Positions 51,246-61,204 of a DNA stretch of 64,000 bases are shown here, piece by piece. Numbering within the stretch: the first letter of the stretch is position 1; each line of letters begins with the position of its first letter. The notes under the pieces were generated by a model, which searched no databases, was not told the DNA's origin, and saw only the letters and a list, made by a program, of their open reading frames with translations. The position numbers were made by a program, and so were the translations under genes. Origin of the DNA: an uncultured Methanoregulaceae archaeon (GTDB lineage: Archaea; Halobacteriota; Methanomicrobia; Methanomicrobiales; Methanospirillaceae); the NCBI GenBank assembly GCA_963737635.1, contig CAVTTL010000001.1:44999-108998 (forward strand). Direction: 5' to 3'.

Positions 51246-51428
51246 ACAAACCTCTCGGAGTGAGCGGTGCTCAAGGGAGAATAAAGCCAGTTTTGGATAA
51301 AAGCATATGCCTCGTTACATAAAAAGACAAGGAGAGTTGCAGGAACTTTGTCTTATCCGAGGAAGATACAGGGGCAGAAATGGTTCCGAGAACTATTTTT
51401 ACTGCATTAGAGATTGTTTAAGAGAAAA

Positions 51429-52808
51429 TTAGCTTCTCCGCTCGATTCTAACCAACGGTGAGCGCCGGGCGAAAAACCCGGCAATAAAGGCTGCAAACTC
51501 CTCCTGCCAGCAGTCCGTACCTTCGAGCACGCACCAGTCTTTCCCCAGCGACTCCCTGACGTGCCGGCCAACACCGACATTTAAGAGGGCCGGGGAGCTG
51601 AGAAGGTCAGCGGCCCGGGTAAACTCCCGGGGCACTTCTGTAACATACCGCCCATTCTCGATGAACGGCCCGGGGAGGGAAGAGGCATGGTACTTCTCCC
51701 GGAACTTGTCCGCGTTTGCCCGGTTCCAGACCGGTGGCCCCTCGTGACGTCGAACCGGCGGAAGCTCATCGATAAGTAACTCGAAGAGCAGCATGCACCG
51801 CTCATTTCCCATATGGTAATGGGCGTGATGAACGACAAAACCGTTCCGGACGAGCAGATCGCAGATCGCGCCGGTGCTCCTTTTCAGCTGGGGTACGACA
51901 ATCTCCTCAATGAAGGGCGGGGTGTTAAACATAACGGCATATAGGGCAGTGACACGGGATTCCAGAAGTGCAGAAAGATCTTCCTGACTGCCGGGACATT
52001 CTCTTGAGAGCGCAAAGAACACTTCCGACGGCGCCTCCTGGTAGCCTCGAGCCAGTTCGACAAACTCGGCCATCCGGTCCAGCGAGACTGCCGCCGCTAC
52101 ATTTCTTCGGGGATCGACCGGATCGATCACGATCAGGGGCTCGCAGAACTCTTTTGCCGCATGCTGCTCGATATCGATCACGGCAGGCGGACGCCATTCT
52201 GCCGCCGCGGCAAGGAGCGGGCCAAATCCACCGTAAAAGAGGATAAGAAGCTCACAAAGATAACCTGAGAACCCCTCGGTCATCTGATCGGAGCCATAGA
52301 TTCCCCCGGCCTTTGCGAACTGCTTGAGGAGAAGAACGTCGTCAGTAAGTCCGTTGATCTTCTCTGTTATATACCGGGTATGGAACGGGGTCCTGTCGAC
52401 CGCACTCTGAATACAAGAGGCACTTGGGACATTGTAGCACGGCACGAGGTCCACATCAATCGAATCGATCGTGGCATTAATGTAAGGGTGTTCAGCGTAC
52501 TTCTCACGGAATGTTTTGGTGAACTTCCGCGCTATGCTGCGGGCAAGAGCGAGTCCCACTCCTTCGAGAGTCTCACGGGGCAAATACGGGGGGAAAAGCA
52601 GGAATACGTCAAGGTCCCGGTCTCCTCTGACCCATGTGTTCCGCGCAATGGAGCCGACCACCATCCCCTCTGCCTTCCCACTCTCGGCAATCGCGGCAAG
52701 CAGACGGCCTGCAACACCAGCAACAAACTCGCGCTCCTCTGCAGACGGCCTGAGCTGCTCTGCTAGAATACGCTCTTCAAGCGGCAGGTGCCCGGTCCCA
52801 CTCACCAT
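51429..52808 (-). CDS. cca: Archaeal CCA-adding enzyme
   Basis: VGSIARNTW...DLDVFL, YAEHPY, DVDLVPC, AVDRTPFH, LLKQF, YGSD...GFSGYLCELL, IDPVDPRRNVAAA. Confidence 0.95.
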   Translation of the reverse strand: MVSGTGHLPLEERILAEQLRPSAEEREFVAGVAGRLLAAIAESGKAEGMVVGSIARNTWVRGDRDLDVFLLFPPYLPRETLEGVGLALARSIARKFTKTFREKYAEHPYINATIDSIDVDLVPCYNVPSASCIQSAVDRTPFHTRYITEKINGLTDDVLLLKQFAKAGGIYGSDQMTEGFSGYLCELLILFYGGFGPLLAAAAEWRPPAVIDIEQHAAKEFCEPLIVIDPVDPRRNVAAAVSLDRMAEFVELARGYQEAPSEVFFALSRECPGSQEDLSALLESRVTALYAVMFNTPPFIEEIVVPQLKRSTGAICDLLVRNGFVVHHAHYHMGNERCMLLFELLIDELPPVRRHEGPPVWNRANADKFREKYHASSLPGPFIENGRYVTEVPREFTRAADLLSSPALLNVGVGRHVRESLGKDWCVLEGTDCWQEEFAAFIAGFFARRSPLVRIERRS

Positions 52809-53353
52809 ACCACCTCACAAAGATCCTCGTACACCGGGCCGCGGCGTGTGAGTGTGCTCTTCTTAAGTTTCAGGCCGGTAATCATGCAGCTGCCAAATGT
52901 CGCATTTTTCAGTTCGTCAAGGCATCGGGAGAGCGAAGGATCCGCCTCCTTCATACGGGCAAGTGTGGCATGAGGGGTAAAACCCCGCTTTTCGTAGGGA
53001 ACACCGAGCGGTGCCAGAGCTGTTTCCACTGCAGAAAAAACCTCCCCCCCTCTTCCGGCGTCATCTATCGCGCACCAGACGGTGTGGGGTCGTGTCGGAT
53101 TATTGACTGTGATCCTGCCGCTCTTGATGGGAAAAGATTCTGTCCGCAGAGATCGAAGCGCCGCAGCCACATCTGGGATCTTCTTTTCGTCCACCTCACC
53201 GAGGAACTTCACCGTGATATGGATAAGTGCAGGATCGACGAACGTGAGCCGGGCTGTGCTTTTCTTCAGTACGGTCTGCGCCACCGCCAGTTGCTGTCTC
53301 ATTTCCGGTGACACTTCGAATGCCACAAACGCCCTGACCATCACGGTACTCAT
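52802..53353 (-). CDS. thpR: RNA 2',3'-cyclic phosphodiesterase (2H family)
   Basis: RAFVA, HITVKFLGE and FTPHATLAR (two HxT motifs), STLTRRGPVY. Confidence 0.93.
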   Translation of the reverse strand: MSTVMVRAFVAFEVSPEMRQQLAVAQTVLKKSTARLTFVDPALIHITVKFLGEVDEKKIPDVAAALRSLRTESFPIKSGRITVNNPTRPHTVWCAIDDAGRGGEVFSAVETALAPLGVPYEKRGFTPHATLARMKEADPSLSRCLDELKNATFGSCMITGLKLKKSTLTRRGPVYEDLCEVVW

Positions 53354-53482
53354 TATTCATCCATCTACAAATGGTGATCGCTGGAGGGGTGCAAGCATAG
53401 AAGTGTCATGCAAAGGTGTTAAACCACGATTCTTTTATTTCCAAAATGCGTAGTGCTAGATAGATAACTAAGGGTGTTTTTT

Positions 53483-53752
53483 ATGCCGAAAACCGTGCCG
53501 TTGATCGTCTATTCCTTGGAAACCTGCCCGCACTGTGTAATACTTAAGAATTCTTTAAAGAAGGGCGGATACGCATTTTCCGAGCGCGACCTGTCAACTG
53601 CTGAGGCCCTCACTGAGCTTAGGGTAAACGGCGTCTTTGTTAACGAAGCGCCTGTTCTCCAGCGGGGCGACGATTTCTACACGACCGATGACCTTTTCTC
53701 TGGCGGGATGTTGGACGAAAAGAAACTCAGCGCGATACTCTCGGGGGCATAA
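53483..53752 (+). CDS. nrdH: NrdH-like glutaredoxin
   Basis: YSLETCPHC (CxxC) and APVL; TAATG overlap with nrdD. Confidence 0.85.
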   Translation: MPKTVPLIVYSLETCPHCVILKNSLKKGGYAFSERDLSTAEALTELRVNGVFVNEAPVLQRGDDFYTTDDLFSGGMLDEKKLSAILSGA

Positions 53753-55935
53753 TGGCGCGACGGGAGACCCTGCAGCAGACTCTTGACGGCAGCTTTTCCC
53801 CGGCCCTCCCTTTTGTCCGGACAACCGATGGCCACATCATTGAGTGGGACCGGAACCGGATTGCCGAACAGATTATAAAAGAGACGAAGCTCGTCGAGAC
53901 GTTCTATGGGTACAAGGGCGCGGACCATGCGACTGCCCAGGAAATCGCCCGGCTGGTCGAGCAGCGCATCTTTGCTCTGGGCTTAAAATCGCTCTCGGGC
54001 CCGCTCATCCGGGAGATTATGAACATCACTCTCCTCGAGAAAGGCATGGTACAGGTACAGGAACGTCTGCACCCGGGTCGGTACACCGGTCTACGACGCG
54101 CACCAGATCGATGTAGGTAAGGGATTCGAATCTCACGAGAACGCAAACCTCCAGGAAAATGCCGAAACCTCGCATAAAAAGAAGGCTGACAAGATCTCAA
54201 AGGAGCAATACCTCCTCCAGCTTCCTCCGGATCTAGCCGACCATCATCTCTGTGGCGAGATGCATATCCACGATCTTGAATATTTCGGGACACGCCCGTT
54301 CTGTCAGGACTGGGATCTTCGGTACTTTTTCTACTACGGTCTCATGCCGGACGGTAACGGGACGAAGGCCTCTGTCGCTGGCCCGGCAAAAAGGGCGGAG
54401 GTTGCAATCCTCCATGCCGTAAAAGCGCTTGGCAGCGCCCAGACAAACTTTGCCGGTGGGCAGGGTTATTACAATTTCCTGACTTTCCTCGCACCGTATA
54501 TGGAGGGCATGGGGTATGAAGAGATCCGGCAGAACATGCAGATGTTTGTCTATGAGATGACACAGATGATGGTCGCACGGGGGGGCCAGCTCGTATTTTC
54601 TTCGGTACAGCTCTCCCCGGGTGTCCCGGCGCTCTGGCAGGATAAACCCTGCATCTATAAAGGGAAAGTCTGGGACGGGAAGCAAGCGCCACGCCGCACC
54701 TACGGCGAATTCGAGCGGGAAGTCCGCATGCTCTTTAAAGCACTCATGGAGGTGATGATTGAAGGAGATTACTGGGGCAAGCCGTTCAATTTCCCAAAAC
54801 CCGAGATCAGCATCGAGCCGGACTTCATGAACGAACGCGAAGCGTTCAACCGTGCCTACCCGGACCTCCCGACCTACCGGGATCTGTATCTTATGACCTT
54901 CGAACTTGCGTCCAAGTTCGGAACGCCATACTACGACAACCAGCTCCCGGCATACCGGGGAGCGGGAAAAGGCATCTCATGTTACCAGTGCTGTGCCTAC
55001 CAGTTTTCCGCTGTAGCCGACAAAGACTCAGATTTTGACAAAAAACTGTTCTTCGAGGATGGCCGGCACTTTTCGATGGGTTCATGGCAGGTGGTCTCGG
55101 TGAACTGCCCACGTGCCGCATACAAGGCAGAAGGAAACGATGATCGGCTCTTCGCCGAACTTCGGTCCCTTATGGATGTGGCTATCGAGCTCTTCCGGAT
55201 CAAGCGCCGGTGGATGGACATAATCCGGGCAAACGGCCGGATGCCGTTTGCAATGCAGCGCCCAAAAGACCCCAATACCGGGGATTGTGGGGCTATCGCA
55301 GTCGATCTCGAAGGTCTTGTGTACACGATCGGTGTTGTCGGCGTAAACGAGATGGTCCAGCACCACATCGGTAAACAGACCCATGAGTCAAAGGCTGCAT
55401 TCAAGCTGGCCGTCCGCGCAATGACCGAGATGGAGCTCTACGCCCGCACCCTCTCTGAGAAAAACCATATGACGATTGCCCTTGCCCGGACCCGGCAGAG
55501 ACGACCGGGCAGCGGTTTGCTGTTGCAGATCTTATCGACCGGCGCTACCACGATGCTGCTGCAAAAGTGATTAAGGGCGACCTCGAGTACGCACTCGAAA
55601 ACCTCGGAAAGACCCGGGATCTCCCCATCTACTACACGAACGGGACACATGTTGCGCCGGGCGCCGATGTCCCGCTCACGAAACGTATGGAAATCGAGAA
55701 TGTCTTTTTCCCAATCGTTGACGGGGGGAATATCTTCCATATATGGCTCGGCGAGGCCCGACCGGATCCCCGCGGTCTCATGGACATGGCGATGAACCTC
55801 TGCCGGAACACGCAGATCGGCTACTTCGCATTCACCCGGGATCTCACCGTTTCGCTCAGGCAGTTCCGCGAAGACCGGCATGGCAGGAAAACAATCGAAG
55901 CGGGGACACCTTCAGACATCCCGGTTAAAGCATAA
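53752..55935 (+). CDS. nrdD: Class III ribonucleotide reductase NrdD homolog lacking the C-terminal Zn ribbon and glycyl-radical loop (apparent frameshifts at ~54055 and ~55492)
   Basis: ATP-cone-like N-terminus, HIHDLEY, GGQG, FNFPKP, YQCC, VSVNCPR, TIGVVGVNEMV, TPAET, YYTNGTH, GGNIFH, GYFAFTRDLTV. It then ends SLRQFREDRHG...VKA* with no CxxC or RxxGY. Confidence 0.88.
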
Positions 55936-56009
55936 TCCTAGTATTTGCTTCTGGAAAAACCTGCGATAAAAAATTGCAGAAGAGAATATTCATTAACCAT
56001 GACGGCTTT

Positions 56010-56813
56010 TCACGGAACCGTTGCAGGTGTACGGGATCGGACAGCGCAATCGGTAGGTATCGCTGACGGAATCCTAGTAAGGCAGATACCGATACAGTCC
56101 GCGGCCTCGCCCGTCAGTGCATAACGGGAATACCGCCCATCTTTTCTCACCCGGAGAATCCCATCGCAGATCAACCGTTTCACATGCCAGGTAATTGTCG
56201 GTCCTGAAACTGCAAGCGCCTGTTCGAGATCCGTTCGGGTACTCTCTGGTGCAGCGACAATCAGGCTGATGATCTTCTTTTCCATATCGTGACCGAGGTG
56301 ATGGAGGACTTTCTGTTCAATCTCGTCGTACCGGCCATTGTTCTCAAAATAACTGGTCCTCCCTTTTACCTTATGTGCAACGATCTTTCTCTGGGCGCAA
56401 AGAAGTGCGAGGTGATAGGTCAGTGCACCCCGGGAAAGTGAAAGCTGTTGCTGCAGGGCCGGGAAACTGATCCCCGGGAACCCGATAATGACCTGGTAGA
56501 TTCCACACCGTGCACCTTGCTCAAGTATATTGCTTCTTAAAATCCGCCGGAATCCCAGAAATGCGTATATTTTACATGCAAAAAAAACTTCAAGCGGGAT
56601 GACACAGATGGGGCATAGGAAAAGTGCCACGACAATTGCCATCTCCTGCAACGAGAGATCCCAGAAACTGATCGGCACGAGATCGGAAGCAGATGTCCCG
56701 GTCGACCCATATGCCGGTGTGACGCTGTATTCTCCAGACAACGCTGCAGCAGGAACACCTAAAGAGAGCACCAGTATAAGAAAAACACTGGCAACAATGA
56801 ATGCCTGCTTCAT
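56010..56813 (-). CDS. Membrane-tethered double winged-HTH regulator
   Basis: Signal peptide, second hydrophobic segment, then FPGISFPALQQQLSLSRGALTYHL and STRTDLEQALAVSGPTITWHVKRL. Confidence 0.8.
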   Translation of the reverse strand: MKQAFIVASVFLILVLSLGVPAAALSGEYSVTPAYGSTGTSASDLVPISFWDLSLQEMAIVVALFLCPICVIPLEVFFACKIYAFLGFRRILRSNILEQGARCGIYQVIIGFPGISFPALQQQLSLSRGALTYHLALLCAQRKIVAHKVKGRTSYFENNGRYDEIEQKVLHHLGHDMEKKIISLIVAAPESTRTDLEQALAVSGPTITWHVKRLICDGILRVRKDGRYSRYALTGEAADCIGICLTRIPSAIPTDCAVRSRTPATVP

Positions 56814-56835
56814 TATGCCCGGAATTTTCTTTTAT

Positions 56836-57339
56836 TCAATTATCAGGCTTGTGGTCGAACAAACTTGCGTTACTCCATGGATACTGTCCGGCACTCCCGA
56901 TCTCGATCGTCCGGTTACTATGAGCAATAAATTTCCAGCGACCGGGGGTCAGATTGTCATGCCCGTCGATCCTCAGGTAAATCCTGCCGTCAAGTTTCCC
57001 ATCGGAAATATCGGTATAAGGACCAAATACCCGGTCTGGCGTTATGATCGATAGGGAGAGTGAATCGGCCGGATCCCCGCTGTTAAGATCCACCAGAATA
57101 TATGGCGTATCCGGTGACACGTTTATCGCAAAGATTGAGGTATGTCCTCCAAATGGCAGGGATGTCCCAAAAAAATCCGGATCGCCGATGCGGATTCCCG
57201 TATCTGCCGGCGCGGAGGGCCGATCAAAAGGTACTAAAATTAGCGTAGCAACGATACCGGCCATGAGTATTATCCCCAATAAATAAAGGATCATGGATCT
57301 CCGGGTACGTTTCATGAAATGAACTTTTCCTGATCTCAT
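56836..57339 (-). CDS. Membrane-anchored or secreted beta-sandwich protein
   Basis: N-terminal TM, then SLSLSIITPD, GPYTDISDGKLDGRIYLRI and LTPGRWKF; co-oriented with the HTH gene. Confidence 0.7.
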   Translation of the reverse strand: MRSGKVHFMKRTRRSMILYLLGIILMAGIVATLILVPFDRPSAPADTGIRIGDPDFFGTSLPFGGHTSIFAINVSPDTPYILVDLNSGDPADSLSLSIITPDRVFGPYTDISDGKLDGRIYLRIDGHDNLTPGRWKFIAHSNRTIEIGSAGQYPWSNASLFDHKPDN

Positions 57340-57495
57340 ATTAGTGTTTCTTTTTATTTGTCAGGCCGACACAAAGATTTTTCAAAATACAACATGTAGA
57401 GGAATTGCCCATAAATCGTTTAAATAGCCGAATCGATGCTCCGGGCAACTAGAGTGTGTCAGCCGCAGACTGCACACTATTGTTGGTGAACAAAC

Positions 57496-58038
57496 ATGAC
57501 AGGAGACAGGAACAGTAAAATGAGACAAAAACCATGGGGAGCAGTCGTGGTCGGCATCGGAATTATCTGTGTCGTCATTGTAGTGCTCTTCCTTTCCGGC
57601 ATAGGTTCAGAAATTCTGAAAAACGGCAGCGGGACTCCCGATGTGTCATCGGTGACATCCCCAGCGATGCAAAATCAGCAACCGGTCACTCAGGCAGTGC
57701 CAAATTCGCAGTCAACGGCCGTAAATCCATCTGCTACGATAATTCCACCACCGACACCAGTACCGGTGCCGGGAACCGGTGTCTATGTCTGGGTCGGGTA
57801 CTTTGGGGAATATACAGGGAGTTATACGGCAAATGGCGTTACCCAGGAAATTAAAAGTTCGGGATTCCATATTTATTCCATCGATCAACCATCCGGGACC
57901 ATAACGGCCTCGTTTGAAAAATCAGACAATACAATTAAGCACAATCTGACTGTTGAGATCTGGAAAAACGGCGTGGACCTTGCCTCAAACGTGACATACG
58001 CCCCCTTCGGGACGGTGAGCGTCAGTGCAAACGTGTGA
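57496..58038 (+). CDS. Hypothetical membrane-anchored protein
   Basis: N-terminal TM, Pro/Thr linker, beta-rich C-terminal domain. Confidence 0.7.
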   Translation: MTGDRNSKMRQKPWGAVVVGIGIICVVIVVLFLSGIGSEILKNGSGTPDVSSVTSPAMQNQQPVTQAVPNSQSTAVNPSATIIPPPTPVPVPGTGVYVWVGYFGEYTGSYTANGVTQEIKSSGFHIYSIDQPSGTITASFEKSDNTIKHNLTVEIWKNGVDLASNVTYAPFGTVSVSANV

Positions 58039-58303
58039 CAGGTTTATCTCTTAATTATGCTCATGACAATTCCAAGTGATCGCCTAAGGACTGGGTCGTA
58101 TATCTATTTCTGACGTTATGCCGACAGGAAATCTTTAAAGCATCATATAAAACACAAAAGACTATACAGATCGTGGAGGCACTTTCGTAGCACCGATTGA
58201 TTTTACCGATCTTCGGAGTGAAAATAACAGAAGAGAGATCCTCTCTGTCCCGGTGCTTTCATCATCTGGCAGAACAAGAATAATCCATCAATTAAGTACC
58301 TCT

Positions 58304-59290
58304 ATGGATGCAGAAATTACTCTCCTGACAGACCAGGCAAAGGAATATGCCCGAACGCTGGATACTCTCCGCAACGAGATGAAAACGGTGATCGTCGGCC
58401 AAAGCGATGTGATCGATCGCCTCCTGATCGCGCTCTGTGCCAATGGCCACGTGCTCCTCGAAGGGGTACCCGGAATCGCAAAGACACTGACGATAAAAAC
58501 CCTCTCGCAGTGCATTGACTGCAGTTTTGTACGGATCCAGTTCACCCCGGATCTTCTCCCTGCCGACATCATGGGGACAAAGATCTACAACCAGAAAGAT
58601 TCGACATTTTCCACCATCAAAGGACCGGTCTTTGCCCATTTCGTGCTTGCCGATGAGATCAACCGGGCCCCGCCCAAAGTCCAGTCGGCGCTGCTCGAGG
58701 CGATGCAGGAGCGGCAGGTGACCATCCAAGGTGAAACCCATATCCTTGCCCGGCCGTTCTTTGTGCTGGCAACCGAAAATCCGATCGAGTCTGAAGGTAC
58801 CTACCCGCTTCCGGAGGCTCAGGTCGACCGTTTTATGTTCAAAGTGCTCATGACCTATCCAAGTAAGGACGAAGAGATCATGGTGCTCGACCGGTTCACC
58901 CAGGGAACCGAAATCATCCCACGAAAAGTGGTCACCACCGAGAAGATCAATGAGATTCAGGAATTCACGCAGAAGATATATGCGGATGCTGCGATCAAAC
59001 GCTATGCCTGCGAACTGGTGGATGCAACCCGGCATCCGGACATCTGCGGCATCGAAGAAGCCAGGTACGTAGCGCTCGGTGCTTCACCCCGCGCATCTAT
59101 CTTTCTGATCCTTGGCGGCAAGGCATATGCCCTGCTTAACGGCCGCGGCTATGTGATCCCCGAAGACATTAAGGCTGTGGCCCATGAGGTCCTTCGTCAC
59201 CGGATTCTCCGGACGTACGAAGGAGAAGCCGATGGGATCACGACCGATGCAATCATCGACCGTATTCTCGATGTTGTGAAAATTCCGTGA
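58304..59290 (+). CDS. moxR: MoxR-family AAA+ ATPase
   Basis: HVLLEGVPGIAKT, RIQFTPDLLPADI, LADEINRAPPKVQSALLEAMQE, YPLPEAQVDRF, GASPRA. Confidence 0.95.
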   Translation: MDAEITLLTDQAKEYARTLDTLRNEMKTVIVGQSDVIDRLLIALCANGHVLLEGVPGIAKTLTIKTLSQCIDCSFVRIQFTPDLLPADIMGTKIYNQKDSTFSTIKGPVFAHFVLADEINRAPPKVQSALLEAMQERQVTIQGETHILARPFFVLATENPIESEGTYPLPEAQVDRFMFKVLMTYPSKDEEIMVLDRFTQGTEIIPRKVVTTEKINEIQEFTQKIYADAAIKRYACELVDATRHPDICGIEEARYVALGASPRASIFLILGGKAYALLNGRGYVIPEDIKAVAHEVLRHRILRTYEGEADGITTDAIIDRILDVVKIP

Positions 59291-59359
59291 TTGCCATGGC
59301 GCATGCAAAGCGAGGCAGACCTTTCACGATAGAAGTCCGGCCAGTAAGAGACTCCAAAA

Positions 59360-60271
59360 ATGCCGGTGATACTCATGGATAATCGCGCAGAATTGATCCG
59401 CCAGATCAAAAAGATCGATCTCGCAACCGGTTTCCTGGTGGAAGGGCTCCAGGCAGGACTTCACCATTCCGTCTTTAAAGGACAGGGAATCGAATTTACT
59501 GAGATCCGGGAATATGTTCCCGGGGATGATATCCGGTCGATCGACTGGAAGGTAACAGCACGGTACAACCACCCGTTCATCAAGGAATTTACCGAGGAAC
59601 GGGACCAGACCTTCTATTTTGTCATCGATATCTCCGGTTCTTCCGGCTTTGGTTCGACCGTAACCAAACAGATAAAGATTCTCGAAGTGACGGCGAGTCT
59701 TGCATTTGCTGCAATCAGGAATAATGACCGGGTCGGTCTTATGCTCTTCTCCGATCAGGTGGAAAAATTTATCCCGGCAAAACGGGGCAGGAAACACTTG
59801 GCCGGGCTTTTCAACGAGATGATCGATCACAAGGCGGCCTCGAAAAAGACCGATCTCGCTGTCGCGGCAAGGTATCTCGCAAATATCCTTTCCCGCCGGA
59901 CCTCAGTCATCATTCTCTCTGATTTTGCTTCTCCTTCATTCTTTTTGCCGCTGCGAATCCTGCAGCGCCGGCATGAGGTTATAGCGATCAGGGTCGTCGA
60001 CCCGCGCGAACAGGACCTGCCTGATGTAGGCCTTATCGAACTCGAAGACCCTGAGACCGGAGAACAGGTGCTTGTTGATACATCGGACCCGGTTTTCCGG
60101 CAGCGGTACCGTGAACTGGTGGCTGAATCCGACAAGAGACTACATGCAGATTTTGCACGGAACCGGATTGAGGAAGTTACGCTTTCAACTGATGAGCCTT
60201 ACGATGTTCCCTTAAAAGAGTTTTTCAGGGGTGTTTCAAAAAGGAGGCGGGATCATGCCAGGATTGTATGA
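59360..60271 (+). CDS. DUF58 protein
   Basis: GIEFTEIREYVPGDDIRSIDWKVTAR, DISGS, VIILSDF, DPRE. Confidence 0.93.
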   Translation: MPVILMDNRAELIRQIKKIDLATGFLVEGLQAGLHHSVFKGQGIEFTEIREYVPGDDIRSIDWKVTARYNHPFIKEFTEERDQTFYFVIDISGSSGFGSTVTKQIKILEVTASLAFAAIRNNDRVGLMLFSDQVEKFIPAKRGRKHLAGLFNEMIDHKAASKKTDLAVAARYLANILSRRTSVIILSDFASPSFFLPLRILQRRHEVIAIRVVDPREQDLPDVGLIELEDPETGEQVLVDTSDPVFRQRYRELVAESDKRLHADFARNRIEEVTLSTDEPYDVPLKEFFRGVSKRRRDHARIV

Positions 60272-61204
60272 GCCGATCTGGCTCCTTGTGCTGCTGGTGA
60301 TCCCGGTCCTCGCCGGGCTCTATTACTACATTATCCGGAAAAAGAAGAAGGAAGCGATCGCATTTTCCCGGGTTGCGTTTGCGAAGTCAGCCCTTGGGGA
60401 TGCACAGAGATCAAAACGTTCGCACATCCTCTTTGTAGTGGCTCTTGCAACCATCGCTCTTCTGGTAATCGGCCTTGCCGATCCCCACATCCCGCTTGCA
60501 CAGACAAAAGAAGGAACGAACGTGATCCTCGTGATCGATGATTCCGGGAGCATGCAGGCCACCGATTATCAGCCGTCCCGTATCGAAGCAGCAAAGAGCC
60601 AGCCGAACAGCTTGTTGGAAATCTCGGCCCGGAGGACGCGGCCGGTGTCATTCTCTTTGACACCGGCGCGACCACGGTCGCGTACCTGAGCCAAGACAAA
60701 ACGCGGGTTGAAGAAAAGATTGCCGGTATTGCTCCCAGTCCTGGCTCGACCGCAATCGGTGACGGCCTTGCTCTTGCCGTCGACATGGCCCAGTCGGCAC
60801 CGGATAAGAAAAGCGTCATTATCCTGCTTTCGGACGGGGTTAACAATGCGGGCCTGATCACACCTGATGAGGCAACTGCGCTTGCAAAATCCGCCGGCAT
60901 CCAGGTTGACACGATCGGCATTGGGACTACCACACAGACCGTCCTCGGCTACGACTGGGTGGGCAACCCGGAATATGCTGGTCTCAACGAATCTGCCCTT
61001 GAGTCCATCGCAGATCAGACCGGGGGCAAATACTACAAATCGGTCGATGCGCAGACCTTAAAAGAAATCTATACCAACCTGAAGCCGGGTACTGAACCTG
61101 TAGCTGAAGAGACCAGTATCAAGGACTGGTTCATTTTTGCTGCGCTCGTCCTGCTCTGCGCAGAATTCTGGCTCCGTTACGGCGGAGGGAGGATTATCCA
61201 GTGA
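60255..61204 (+). CDS. BatA-like vWA domain membrane protein (apparent frameshift at ~60599)
   Basis: N-terminal TM, MIDAS DDSGSM, STAIGDGL, LLSDG, GIQVDTIGIG, IADQTGGKYY and a C-terminal TM. One added base joins the frames. Confidence 0.88.
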
